DNA from: Octopus vulgaris
Taxonomy: Eukaryota
Direction: 5' to 3'
DNA length: 64,000 bases
NCBI GenBank assembly: GCA_951406725.2
Contig: OX597819.1
Location: forward strand, 76,756,001 to 76,820,000
Shown: in pieces, positions 29,100-43,090 of the stretch
How the letters are laid out: every line of letters starts with the position of its first letter
Position numbering within the stretch: the stretch's first letter is position 1
Notes under the pieces: model-generated
The model's database searches: none
Told to the model about the DNA's origin: nothing
Seen by the model: only the letters and a program-made list of their open reading frames with translations
Position numbers and translations under genes: made by a program

Positions 29100-29611
29100 G
29101 TTGTTTTATTTGTTGTTGTTGTTGCTGTTGTTGTTGTTGATCTTTCTTCTTCTTCTTCTTCTTCTTCTTCTTCTTCTTCTTCTTCTTCTTCTTCTTCTTC
29201 TTCTTCTTCTTCTTCTGTTTTTCGTTTCTTCTTCCGCCCCATTCTTCTCTTCCTCCACCTTCTCATTTTTTCTGCTAATTCTTCTTCTCCTTTCCCTTCA
29301 TTATCATCGTCATCATTATCTTCTTCTTCTTCTTCTTCTTCTTCTTCTTCTTCTTCTTCTTCTTCTTCTTCTTCTTCTGCTTTTTGTTTCTTCCTCCGCC
29401 CCATTCCTCCACCTTCTCATTTCCCCTTCATTATCATCGTCATCATTATCTTCTTCTTCTTCTTCTTCTTCTTCTTCTTCTTCTTCTTCTTCTTCTTCTT
29501 CTTCTCCTCCTCCTTCTTTTTCTTCTTCTTCTTCTCCTTCCTCTTCTTCTTCTTCTTCTTCTTTTTCTTTTTCTTCTTATTATTCTTCCTCTTTTTCTTC
29601 TTATTCTTCCT

Positions 29612-29699
<88 letters not shown>

Positions 29700-29720
29700 T
29701 ACCACCACCACCACCACCAA
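29100..29720. repeat. Compound (TTG)/(TTC)/(TTA)/(ACC) microsatellite with internal duplication
   Basis: ccgccccattc...cattatcatcgtcatcattatc(ttc)n occurs twice. Confidence 0.92.
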
Positions 29721-30116
29721 TATCGCTACTTCTTTTCCTTCTTGTTATCACCGTTATTGTTATTTTTTCCTCTTTGCTTTACATTTCCGTTTACTCCCTG
29801 TCTTACTAACTAACTCAGCTTCTTTCCCTTTTCGTCTTTCATCAAACAAATATACTTTTGTCTTTAACGATGATTATCGATTCAACGAAAGTTGGCAATA
29901 AGTCTAGTAAACACTGCGTTTTGACTGATTAATCGTGACCTCGGGAATACTTAATACAAATAACCGTAATCTCTAAGTAAGTTTGCGTTTTGTTTACCGA
30001 AGATGGTTCGGCGGAAGTGAAATGTTCTATGTATCTGTCTATGTAGCCAAATTGAGCGCAAATATTCCCTATTACAGTCATCAGCATACATAACCCACCC
30101 AAACACACATATACGC

Positions 30117-30188
<72 letters not shown>

Positions 30189-30435
30189 AACACAGATGCA
30201 TACACATACAAACAGCGAGCATATATGCATGTACTCTTACAATAGAAAGATAAATAGAGAGTGACAGAGAAATAGATAAACACAAATATATATATATATA
30301 TATATATATATTTATGTATGTATGTATATATGTATGTGTATATATGTAATATAGGTTTTTATATGTATACAAATGTGTGTATGTGTATATATATATGTTT
30401 TCATATATATGCGCATTTATAATATATATTTATAC

Positions 30436-30502
<67 letters not shown>

Positions 30503-30599
30503 TATACATACATATCAATATATATGTGTGTGTGTGTGTGTAAAGCCGGTGTTCCAGCATGGCCGCAGTCAAATGACTGAAACAAGTAAAAGAATGAAA

Positions 30600-30660
<61 letters not shown>

Positions 30661-31181
30661 TGCGTACACACACACTCACACTCACACACAGATATTTGTA
30701 TATACGTATGCAGGTACGTATAAGAGAGTGAGAAAAAGACAAAGAGAGCTGGGTAAATGGATTTTTAAAAAATCATGATCCATTTCCATGCTTCATATTT
30801 GTTTAGAACAATAAATAATTTTATTGATAAACCAATGAGCAAAGGAGAATATAAGGTAAAAAAATATGTGACAGAAAGCAATTTAAGGAATAAATGAAGT
30901 ACGTAACATAGATGTGGAACAAAGCTTAAATTCCATACTTTGCTCAGTAATCTGCGGTGAGATGGAGCTTATATTTCGCACTTGCATTACTTTCATATAA
31001 TTATAGTTATCGTAAAATGGAAACGTGGTTATATAAAAACAATAAGAGTGGAATCGATCTGTCTTCACATCGAAATAGTTCTATATGTCTATAAATATAG
31101 ATACATGGATATATCATATATATATACGTTTAAATATTTGTTGTGCAAGATTATTTTTATGTGAAGTCGTGTGTTGAAACA

Positions 31182-31486
31182 GATATTGTTGTATTTAGGA
31201 ATGGTCATTTTGCCAGTTTAGCCAATAAAAACACACGCACTATATATTTGGTGTTACTTTGCTTCAGTGTTATTTATTTTTTACATTAATCTTAATCTTA
31301 TTTCGGCCAGAGTTCTTTCGTCACACTCCTGTGACCGCATCCTGTGACGAAAGAACTCTGGCCGAAATAAGATTAAGATTAATGTAAAAAATAAATAACA
31401 CTGAAGCAAAGTAACACCAAATATATAGTGCGTGTGTTTTTATTGGCTAAACTGGCAAAATGACCATTCCTAAATACAACAATATC
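31182..31486. repeat. Perfect palindrome, 144 bp arms, 17 nt spacer
   Basis: 31182-31325 is the exact reverse complement of 31343-31486. Confidence 0.97.
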
Positions 31487-31494
31487 ATATATAT

Positions 31495-31565
<71 letters not shown>

Positions 31566-31625
31566 ATATGTATATATGTATGTATACACACACACATATA
31601 TATACATATATATAATATGTATATT

Positions 31626-31657
<32 letters not shown>

Positions 31658-31819
31658 TGTATGTATGTATGTACGTATGTATATTTTGTTTCGAATTTAT
31701 GTGAATGTGAATAGAAAAATATATCAGTTGAATAAAATTAGAACATGGTCTGGTTTTCACGTTTTTTATTATGGTATTTTAGCATCAAAAAAATTTTTTG
31801 TAATGCTCGTAAAGTTATA

Positions 31820-31854
31820 TTACCGCTTTCATACTTAGTGTAATCATCAGAGTT
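31820..31854 (-). ncRNA. Hammerhead core remnant 3' of a PLE endonuclease
   Basis: CUGAUGA-UUAC(ACUAA)GUAU-GAAA-GCGG-UA; stems I and III poorly paired. Confidence 0.4.
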
Positions 31855-32012
31855 CAAATTTACTTAACTGACAATTGAGTTCTTGACAATTTTAGTTCCT
31901 CTTAGAACGCTCCAACAAGTTGGGTTTTTTTAGAATATATGCATCTCAAGCATCATGGTTTGCTAGGCGTACCGACATTCTGTAATTTGGGATATTTTTT
32001 TGATCCACATCA

Positions 32013-32276
32013 TTAACTGGGTGTTATACTATTGCAGTCATTTCCGTTCAGAACAGGACTGAACGTTTTAATAAACTGTTTTTCTTTTATCTTTCTTCCA
32101 ACCTCACTTGTGTCATGTAATTTGTGGAAAGGAAAAATTAGTAACATTTTCTGACCACAAGTCTCTATATGTTCGCCCAATGAAATTTGGCGAACATTGA
32201 TGTTCTGGATTTGGGGTCTGTGAACTCGCGAGCGTTTCGATACTCGCCTATAAATAATTCTTCGCAATTTGGGCAT
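32013..32276 (-). mobile_element. Penelope-like GIY-YIG endonuclease C-terminal fragment
   Basis: RSRVHRPQIQNINVRQISLGEHIETC..IFPFHK..RKIKEKQFIKTFSPVLN fits the R..H...H...R..KE..FI..F.P.LN pattern. Confidence 0.75.
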
Positions 32277-32584
32277 TTAATACGGTAGATCAAATACCGA
32301 GGGATATCAAGTTAACATCCTGAAGAGATTGCACCGTTTTATAATAGGGTAGCAATTGCAACAATTACAAATCGGTGGAACATGTGTTGGTCTTAAAAGG
32401 TAGAATATGATTATAGAATTAAAGGCGATGCTATTGCTACTTCTGAGTAATCTATGTTTTTTTAATATTGTCAATATATATATATATATATGTGTGTGTG
32501 TATGTATATATTTATGTATGTATGTATGTATGTATGTATGTATGTATGTATGTATGTATGCATGCATGTATGTATGTATGTATG

Positions 32585-32625
<41 letters not shown>

Positions 32626-32691
32626 ATGTGTGTGTGTGTGTATATATATGTGTGTGTGTATATATATATATTTATGTATATATATATATAT

Positions 32692-32722
32692 AACGTTTCG
32701 AGCCTACGCTCTTCCACAGAAA
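32692..32722 (-). ncRNA. Variant hammerhead (CUGUGGA core) truncated at the cleavage site
   Basis: UUU-CUGUGGA-A-GAGC(GUAG)GCUC-GAAA-CG-UU, then directly (AT)n. Confidence 0.55.
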
Positions 32723-32796
32723 GAAACCAGGAGACAGAGAAAAGAATGTGTAGTAGCTAGCGATCTATCATGGCGATCTATCATGGCGATCTATCA

Positions 32797-32838
<42 letters not shown>

Positions 32839-32859
32839 CATACATAAATATATATATAT

Positions 32860-32954
<95 letters not shown>

Positions 32955-33149
32955 AACAAACTGAGGAAAAGAAATCATTCAAAGGAAAGCATATAAATAT
33001 TGGTATAATTGAATAATAAAGATAAATTAAATATAGAAATATTCTACTGACATTCAAAAACCTATTTTTATTACAATATTAAATTAAATACTATGAATAT
33101 AATATATAACATAACATAATATTATAGAAATAATTATAAAAACCGTAAA

Positions 33150-33233
33150 GTCCAACAAATTGTTTCGACTTATATATATTTCTTTCTGATATATATAATC
33201 ACAGTTCAATTTTATATAAATCACTTCAGGGTC
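33150..33233 (-). ncRNA. Hammerhead-like motif (A9U) with long stem II
   Basis: GACC-CUGAAGU-GAUUUAUAUA...UAUAUAAGUC-GAAA-CAAUUUG-UU-GGAC; 10 bp stem II base. Confidence 0.6.
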
Positions 33234-33319
33234 AATCGGTTCAGAAAGACGAAATCCTGTTTGGAAAGGACGACTGGCGTATTAACGACTCTGCCAGCTC
33301 GCCGCCTTAATAATAATTC

Positions 33320-34079
33320 TTTCTAATATAGGCACAAGGCCGGAAATCCGTGCGAAGGAGACTAGTCGATTATGTTGACTCCAGTGTTACACTGGTTCTT
33401 AATTTATCCACCTCGAAATAATGAAATGCAACGTAGACCTCGGCGGAGTTTGAACTCAGAACATGAAGACGGACAAAATACCTATTTCTTTATTAACCAC
33501 AAGGGGCTAAGCATAGAGGGGACAAATAAGGACAGACGCACGGATTAAGTCGATTACATCGATCCCAGTGCGTAACTGGTACTTATTTAATCGACCCCGA
33601 AAGGATGAAAGGCAAAGTCGACCACGGCGGAGTTTGAACTCAGAACGTAGCGGCAGACGAAATACCTATTTCTTTACTACCCACAAGGGGCTAAACATAG
33701 AGGGGACAAACAAGAACAGACAAACGGATTAAGACGATTACATCGACCCCAGTGCGTAACTGGTACTTAATTTATCGACCCCGAAAGGATGAAAGGCAAA
33801 GTCGACCTCGGCAGAATTTGAACTCAGAACGTAGCGGCAGACGAAATACCTATTTCTTTACTACCCACAAGGGGCTAAACACAGAGGGGACAAACAAGAA
33901 CAGACAAACGGATTAAGACGATTACATCGACCCCAGTGCGTAACTGGTACTTAATTTATCGACCCCGAAAGGATGAAAGGCAAAGTCGACCTCGGCGAAA
34001 TTTGAACTCACAACGTAACGGCAGACGAAATATCGCAAAGCATTTCGCCCGGCGTGCTAACGATTGCCAGCTTGCCGCC

Positions 34080-34080
<1 letters not shown>
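33320..34080 (-). mobile_element. Head-to-tail array of SINE family A, ~184 bp period
   Basis: Units restart at about 33475, 33659 and 33843 (gaaatacctatttcttt); only the last has the full head. Confidence 0.92.
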
Positions 34081-34174
<94 letters not shown>

Positions 34175-35564
34175 AATAATAATAATGAATACTGAATGAT
34201 CATGACTAGTCTCTCTTTCGGTCATTGGTCCGCTTCATTAGATGTGACTTGGAGTTAAACAGAAATAATAACCTTACTCTTAATACGTTTGTCTTAATAT
34301 TTTGCGGACTTTCTAATCTAATTTCACTTCTCTCGTAAAGTTGCTAATCAATATTTCGCTCTTAAAGGAATATGAAGTGTTGCTCTATAAACGAATGTGA
34401 CCCCAATTTTAAATTATATATTTGCTCCAGCATTAAAACGAAGAAAAAAATATTTTACATGTTTTACGATTCAGAAATCGGAATTTTTGTTTTATTTTTA
34501 ACATAATTTTGTAATCTAAAATCATTCACAATTCTACAAAAATTCCACTGAATTGATTTTTCTAAATATCAAAATAATTTTAGAAACAGCAACAACAAAT
34601 ACACAAGCCAGTAAGAATATTATAAACAAGCCTTTATCACAAATTACAAAATGGCAGCCATGTTCGTTTCTTCGTAATATTTATTTATTTATTTTCCTTT
34701 TGAGGAAAGTGACAAAAATCAACAAGAACAAGGTATACGTTAACTGAAGTAAACAAATTTCACATCTTAAAAATCAAGTGTTCTGTTAGTTAAGATAAGA
34801 AGTTTTCCGCGCAAATATTTAATTGAAATTTAAAAGAAAAAAAAAGAAAAGATATTTGAAAGAACAGAAGAAGAAGAAGAAGAAGAAGAAGAAGAAGAAG
34901 AAGAAGAAGAAGAAGAAGAAGAAGAAGGAGCAGGAGGAGGAGGGGGAGAAGAAGAAGAAGAAGAAGAAGAAGAAGAAGAAGAAGAAGAAGAAGAAGAAGC
35001 TAAGATAAGTGAAGATAGTTGCTCCACCCACAACTTGGATAATATGAAACAAAACAGAAACTAAGCCGAGCTTACAAGAATCTAAAATAACTCTTAGAAT
35101 TCTGAATAAAATTCAATAACAAAAGAAAAGTGCTAATTTATAAACATTACTTATAAAGGAGACTTTCCTTAAAATGCTTCCAATTATCTATAAAAATTAA
35201 GTCACGCACAATACTCAGATACACACATACATAAATGCAAACACACACAAACGCACACACATGCACATACGTATACATAAACAGACGCAAATACACACAC
35301 GTACAAATACTCCGTATTATACAAACGTATTTGTGTAAGCACGTGCGTGTATTTATATGTGAACATATTTGTACTTTTGCACTAGACACATGTTCAGGTG
35401 TGTATGCATGCCTATAAACATACGCATGCATACGTTCATGCTTTCAAGCATACATGCAAGCATACCTCCCTCCCTCCCTCCCTACCTACCTACCTACATA
35501 CATACATACATACATAATACATGTATGTATGCACGCATACAAGCATACATACATGCACAAGTTC

Positions 35565-35647
<83 letters not shown>

Positions 35648-35701
35648 TGTATATATATATGTATGTATATATATATGTATGTATATATATATATATGTAT
35701 G

Positions 35702-35762
<61 letters not shown>

Positions 35763-35831
35763 TTAGAGATAAAACCACTATTAGGCAAATCAAACATATA
35801 TATACATATATTCACACGCACACACTTAAAG

Positions 35832-35907
<76 letters not shown>

Positions 35908-36119
35908 GGATAGATGGATACATATATACTTGCAAAACAACGGAAATAATTAAGAATTACATGCCTTGCAAAATTCAACATGTGACTGAAACAGTACAAA
36001 AATGAACTATTTTTTTCTAAAGTTCAGCATGTAACTCTTGGTTGTTGTTGTTGTTGTTGTTGTGTAAACTACAACGATTGAGCTTCTAATCTTTATTTCC
36101 TGGTTAGGACCCAGCATCG

Positions 36120-36204
<85 letters not shown>

Positions 36205-38875
36205 TGGGAGACTCAAGTAATTGAGTGAGAAAGACAACGAACAGACTATCATGTAAATTTTAAAAGCTTAAATTTCTCAGTAAAAACAGAAAGAACCTGT
36301 CTAGCACATATTCTGCAATTTTAATTAAGTGGAGCGATGAAAATATGGAAAACGTTTCTAAAATTCTTATAATTAGTTATTGTTATCGTTTCTTAATTGG
36401 AAATCAGTCCCTACTTATGCAGAAAGTTCGTAAAATTTAAGCACAAAGAAATATATACACACAAAATTCAACTTGTCTGAAAGGAATGTATATATTATGC
36501 ATAGAGATAAAACACCAGCTGAATATACGCACATGCCTTGAGGTATCTGATAAGGAAGAACATGAAAAGCGAGTACATTGATCTGCAACGAAAGTAAACA
36601 GGCTGGTGATTGTTATTAACGAACAATGTTAAACATAACTGAGGGAGTAAAAGAAAGTTTCTTTAATTCACTAAACGCGAGATAATACAAATATTGGGCA
36701 AAAAAATATGTTTCAAAATCCTGCTTCTATGAAGATAAAGAAAATTGCAAAGCATCCCAGTGGCCTATACAATCATTTGAGGTTTGTTCTCTCAGAGATA
36801 ACGTGTGACGTACAATTTATAATGTAATTTTAATTTTAATTATCAACGCAAAACGACCATTTCAAATAATTTTCTGTAGCAGTGCGGTGGAGAAATAGAA
36901 GTTAGAGAACACCAGAAAAAAATCCCTTGTAGTATTCAATTATCTCGTTATATTCTTAGTTCAAGTATTAAAATGTCTGCACAGCTTTTACTCTCCCTAG
37001 TATAGATAAATAACGTACCACTATAATGAGATTTCTTAATTTCGTGATCTTTATCCTAAAATAAGAAATCATTTCATTTTTATGTTTCCGATCAATATAA
37101 GTGCATTCCACTAGAAGCTGCTGACGACTTGGTATAGTGAATATCAGCATCACAATATACTGCTCCCAAGCCCTTTCCTCACTATAGTTCTTTTAGATCA
37201 AGCAACGACCTTTGACATGAGTACAAAACCACAAACACATATAAGTTGATTAGATAGGTGCCTGTATTTGTCTGATTTAGCTTGTCAACCCGTTCAAGGA
37301 TGAAAAACAGAGTCAATCGTTGCAGAATTTTAACTCAGACGCAAATGTGCATATCTAAACACCACAACACATTTGATACAGAGTTCTACCGTTTCAGCAA
37401 TTCATTTTCTACCTCCAGTTATTGGTGGTTTAGCAAATGGCTAAATGTATTTAGCGCAGTCGTTCCGCCATCTTTATTTAAATCATGCCTGGTGTAGACT
37501 TTATATTTCATCCTTTCACAACGATTGAATATGAATTTGTTGTAAGCAGGTACATGCATACAATATCTTAAAGGTAGATGAGAATAACATACCTGCTATA
37601 ACTTAGTATAAAGACAAGTAGTAGACATGACCTTTGGAGGCTCTCTGAGACTGATGCTGTCAGAGATCGATATGATTAATATTAAGCCTGGGTGTGTATA
37701 ATTCAACTTCTGCAGGGAAAATTGGGGTAGGGGGGAGAACCAGGGGCTTTGCGTTTTGAAAAGAAGGTGAAGTAGTTTGTCTGGGAATTTAGTAGGTGAA
37801 ACCGCGATGGCCATGTCTTCCCAGGGAAGAGGAGATGCAACAATTTGTGAATTTGTTGCATTTGAGAAATACAACTAAGTCTTCTCTAGAAGTTTATATC
37901 TTCCTTGGCAGCACTTTTTCTCCACGAGTCGATAAATTAGATTCTATTGCTGTAAATATGATGTTCGCATCATGTTTATTGCTAATAGTATTCAAACTTA
38001 AGAACAATTACCTCATTTAAATCTCATTCAATTTCGTTATTGATTTTCTGAAAGCTTTGAGTGCTTTCAATCGGAAATTGTGTCTAACTTTGTTTAGAGG
38101 CTAGAGTACGCATGTTTGTTGCTCTAAAATTAGAACGTTATCTACTGAGATTCTGTAAGTATTAGACAGACCAACTAAACTACGTAGATATCAGGTAAAA
38201 TGTCATAGTGACATGTAAATGTGAAGACCATGTTAATAACCTTTTCACATAATATTTAAACTCATAAACTTATGTTTTGCTTATGCTTCATACACTGTGT
38301 ATAAGAATTTCGGAGATGTAATTGTTTGGTAATGGATTTGGTTGGACATCTCACATTCGGCCACCTATGAGACTGTTGAAGCAGCGATATAATACGAACC
38401 TTGAGAAGACAAAGCGCATATACGCCAATGATTGTAATGTGTTAGAAAGTGAGATTTTACCAAACAGTTAGATAATAATATTTTGGCTGAAGTTTAGGAT
38501 ATCTGTGTGTAGTAGAAGCACTTTCTAGACGTTCGAACAATAATCGATTGTAGGTCTTAACTGACGGTTGAATTTATGTCACGTTGTTAGCTTATTGCGA
38601 ACTTTAGATTGTTACCCCTATGTTCATACAAATCTCTGTTGTTAAGAGACCCCAAATGTCTAAGGAGAAATGTTTCCCAATGGACAATCCATGTTGAAAT
38701 CAACATCAATTTGTTAAATTAAAAATATGAAGAATTAATTTGAGTAACAAAGAGAAATCAGAAAAATATTTACGAAGTAAAGTGATGATGGTGATGATGA
38801 TGATGATGATGATGATAATTTGCTTACTCCATCTACGCCATGTAGAATGAGAACCCCGATTCGAAATTTCCCCAT

Positions 38876-38921
38876 GACACCTGATGAAGGCTGGAGGGTA
38901 TATCAGCCGAAACGCTGGGTT
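38876..38921 (+). ncRNA. Minimal hammerhead, probably inactivated
   Basis: GACAC-CUGAUGA-A-GGCUG(10 nt)CAGCC-GAAA-CG-CU-GGGUU; U16.1 reads C. Confidence 0.6.
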
Positions 38922-39292
38922 AATAGCAAACAAGATGGGGACAAATATCCGTCAAATGTAAATAATGTACATAATTCCTCATCTCTTAAATATAGAACTG
39001 AATGTACTTTGTATTGGTAATAAATAACCAGACTGTTGAAATGCGTATACTGATATTTTGCTCAATCCCTTCGTTCAGCATATGTACCCTTTACACTTTT
39101 GAAATATACATGGATTTGCTGAACACCTTGGACCAGAAGACAACTGTTTAACTTTGTATCTACTGGTTTACTGGCCAGTTCAGTGATATGGAATACTTTA
39201 TTTCAGGGTGATCTGTTAGCCATAGATACGTGGAGGTGCTTTCTAGTTGATTTGCCAAGATCTGTTTGATCCTTTTTGCAGTGTATGTGTGT

Positions 39293-39360
<68 letters not shown>

Positions 39361-39585
39361 CTGTGTCTCTATGTGTGTCTGTGTCTGTGTCTGTGTGTAA
39401 TTCCATTGCAGCTGCACTTTGTTAATGATTAGAAACTTCCTGGCACTTTGTAATATTAGAATAGAAATTAAAGCGAATGGAATGTAACAATTTATGAGTG
39501 CTTTTAAAGTGCTAAATAAACTGTTATACGCTACAATTGTGTCAATTGCAACACACGGTCTTAGATTGAAACAAATGCAACACTG

Positions 39586-39706
<121 letters not shown>

Positions 39707-40205
39707 CTGTAGTAAACATGTGAAAGCGGTGTTGTCAATTAGATAAGCGTTTAGATTTGTTCAAATATGTTTGGGACATGGTTGATCTTTAATAAAGTGC
39801 TGTTTTCACTGCAATTTGCCATGGAGAAAATTCTCGCTTTAGGCAGTAGGTGTCATAACACCGACAAATATCTCACACCGCACTCTGATGGAGCAATGAA
39901 TGCATTCCAAGCTGTTTGGCATCAGTATCGTGACACGCTAGAAAGACAACTCTGAACTGATTCTGGAAGTCGAGATTTCCTTATAGAAAATCAGTATAAA
40001 TTGTAAAGAAATAACGTGAGATACCGGCAAGGCTAGAATTGAATATCTTGCACGCACGTAAAAGCAGTGCTGTGAATTAAACAAGCATTTGATGAACTCA
40101 AATAAGTTTGGGACATATTTGCCTGCAAAAATGCCGCTTTCGATGCAATTTACTCATTTATACGCATATGCTCAAGCACATATAGCATAACATAACGGAC
40201 AATTT

Positions 40206-40518
40206 GTAGAGGCACATGGCCTAGTGGTTAGAGCAGTGGACTCGCGGTCCAGGGATCGCAGGTTCGAATTTCAGACCGGGCAATGTGCGTGTTTATGAGC
40301 GAAACACCTAAGCTCCTCGCGGCTCCGGCAGAAGGTAATGGCGAACCTCTGCTGACTCTTTCTCCACTGCTTTATCTCACTCTTTCCTCCTGCATCTTGC
40401 AGCTCACCTGCGACGGACCGGCGTCCCGTCCAGGTGGGGAACCTATACGCCAAGGAAACAAGGAAACTGGCACTATGAGCCAGGCGTGGCTCGAGATGGA
40501 ACAAACAACAACAACAAC
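40206..40518 (+). mobile_element. Full-length SINE family C with TSD
   Basis: tggcctagtggttagagc A box, ggttcgaatt B box, (ACA)n tail. TSD aacggacaattt at 40194-40205 and 40519-40530. Confidence 0.92.
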
Positions 40519-41644
40519 AACGGACAATTTATGAACAACAGAGAAGGGACTGACTGTTGCTATTGTAATTAACCTGTAACAGTCTTCTTGTTACTGTTCA
40601 ATTCATTGATAGTACTATCTTTCTATTAGTACTACTTTTCCATTAGTTCTGTCTTTACACTTGCTATTAGTACCAACATTCTATTTAAATTTTAAGTACG
40701 ATTTCAAAGTCGGTGAGTCACTAAAATTCTAAGAAATAAGAATTGCAGTCTTCATTAAGAATATTTCACTTGCCCACCTCTATACAAACGGTAGTGGAAG
40801 AATACGAGTGAATATGGGTATTGTGCTGTTGATGTTAATTTAGTCGTGTTATCCACACTATTTCTCAAAAATCGAACAAAAAATTATCGATCGATGTTTT
40901 GGTAAGATATAGTCTGGAAAAAACGATACAAAGAGGAGAATTGCCAAATTTGCATTCTGGGAAGAAATTTCATACACTTACATTTAAACATGTGTATGTG
41001 TGGTCGTATATATTAGATATTTATTAGATATTTATATTAGATATTTATTATATATTAGATATTTATTTACCTTGCTTTATTTATATATTTTGTTGTAATT
41101 GATGTAGCAGTTACTTTAGTGTAATTTCAAAACAATGATAAAGGAAATAATCTAGAGACTGTCAAACGTATTCGGATAATGCTTGTCTTCTCGGGTGAAT
41201 TGTGGGTGGAAATACACAATCACTTAATTAAAAGTCAATTCAGTTTTTTGTGTTTTTGTTTTTGTTTGTTTTTAGCCGCAGGTTCAAATCGGTTTGAATA
41301 AAATTTTGGTCAAGTTTTCCTACCGTGATCATCTCATCGTATGTTTTCATGTTTAGACAATGTCTCTAGGTTTACATTACCCGACGTGCATTTCCTTTTA
41401 TTAAATTCGGTACAGTGTGATTGCGAATGAGATTAAGTTACTATTTCTAGTAGATAAATCGATCGCATATATAGTCGCTCTCGTAGGTTTGATCATCATC
41501 TTCTTCAACATCATCCATCATTGTCATCTTAAAAGTTGTTATCTTTACAAAACACATGCACATCTTAAAATCAATCAACCAATCAATGTGTGTGTGTGCG
41601 TGTGTGTGTGTGTGTGTGCATATGTGTGTGTATTTATGCCATAC

Positions 41645-42480
41645 ACTGATTTGTCGAGACTACACAAGGATTTCGCTGGTCCTTTAAATGGTTCTTATTA
41701 CTTAAAGGTAGTTGATAGTTTCTCGAAGTGGCCAGAGATTTGTAAGTGTAAAAAACCAACCTCCTCAAATGTGATAACTTTTTTTACACGAATTGTTTAC
41801 GAGATTTGGTATCCCAAACGTGATAGTCTGACAACTGAATGCAATTTGTGTCTGTTGAATTTTAAAAGTTTTGTGAAGTGTTCGCGGTAGAACATGTTAC
41901 AACTGCGCCGTAACATCTTACATCTAACAGACTGGCAGAAGGCATTGACGATACTTTCAAGAGTGCCATAAGAAAGTCAAATAAGGAAGTCACGGATGAG
42001 GTAGCTCTACAATTCTTGAGAGTGTACCGCGAGACACCAAATCTGAATGCACTAGCAAGTAGATAACCTGCGGAGCAGATGTTTGCGAGGAAAGTAAGTC
42101 TTTGATAAATTGCTACTAAGCAGGACGAGAAAAAGTGACAGGGAAAACATAGCAAGATTATTTAAAACTGATGAAAAGGTGTTTATGAGGGCATATAAGA
42201 ATGAAAGACAGAGTTGGGAAGATGGCGTAATTACCAAATGAATAGGGTAAATGCTGCACTGGGTAAAAATTAGAAAGGCGTATATGAGAGACACCTGAAC
42301 CAACAGAAAAAAAGATTCGTGGAGAGCGAACCCAAGAGATTGAAGGAACCGATAGAATCGCTATACAATACATTCCAAGTACCAATACCACTGCAGGTGA
42401 TTGAACCCAGGTGTACAAGTGAAAGGAAAAGAAAACGTACAGAATTCTTGAAAGTAGATGCCAAGCAGAAAAATGTCAAA
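41645..42480 (+). mobile_element. Degenerate Ty3/Gypsy integrase region
   Basis: RLHKDFAGPLNGSYYLKVVDSFSKWPEI...RFGIP...HVTTAP...FLRVYRETPN..PAEQMF; frameshifted. Confidence 0.9.
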
Positions 42481-42584
42481 TGTGTAACAAATAAATGAAA
42501 AAAAAATTCTCAAAAAGGAGGTGTTGTGATGGAAAAATTATTGTCTTTATACGACATTTCCTCAGAAAAACTTAAAAGGCGAGA

Positions 42585-42927
42585 TGTTATAGAGATGGTA
42601 GGAACAATGGTACATCCTTCTCACGTGACAAGTGGTATGAATTAGTTACTATAAATATGAGACAGTACATAGTAGGCGGTCAGAGATAGCTGTCTTTACT
42701 GTTTTCCAAAATAAATATGACCTTCATTCTAGAAGTTCTGAAGAAAGTATAAAGTGATTCACATGCAGTCATTTCTGGGTGCAATGCATCTTGTGTCAGA
42801 AACAGCTGTAAGTTACTGAAGTTCATTGCGTAACTTCCTGTTATTTTTGTCATTTATTTAATTTTATACTAATCTCTGTATTCAACGAATACTTTATTTT
42901 GAAACATATTGATAATGAGTTCCAACA
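42585..42927 (+). mobile_element. Putative 3' LTR of the Gypsy element
   Basis: Purine tract aaaaggcgaga, then TGTT...AACA ends; tataaat at about 42650. Confidence 0.55.
42734..42814 (+). ncRNA. Hammerhead motif inside the putative LTR
   Basis: AGUU-CUGAAGA-AAGUAUAAAGUG...CAUCUUGUGUCA-GAAA-CAGCUG-UA-AGUU. Confidence 0.6.
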
Positions 42928-43049
42928 CCAAGTTAGTAATATCGCTATGCCTAAGCGAAATTAAAATAACGACGAGTGTGTATGTGTGAGAGAGAGAGAG
43001 AGAGAGAGTGTGTGTGTGAGTGTGTGTATGTGAGAGAGAGAGAGAGTGT

Positions 43050-43084
<35 letters not shown>

Positions 43085-43090
43085 TATAAT

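Noticed and set aside
29084-29901. 266-aa and poly-E/poly-R ORFs
   Set aside because: (TTC)n/(TTA)n compound repeat.
32314-32390. CUGAAGA...caccg/cggtg...gaacatg possible HHR at the 5' side of the PLE fragment
   Set aside because: It needs a deletion and several substitutions to fit, so it was not counted.
33475-34030. Regularly spaced repeats resembling a CRISPR array
   Set aside because: Whole units repeat with no unique spacers; it is a SINE concatemer in eukaryotic DNA.
40206-40285. tRNA-like sequence
   Set aside because: It is a SINE head followed by body, tail and TSD, not a tRNA gene.
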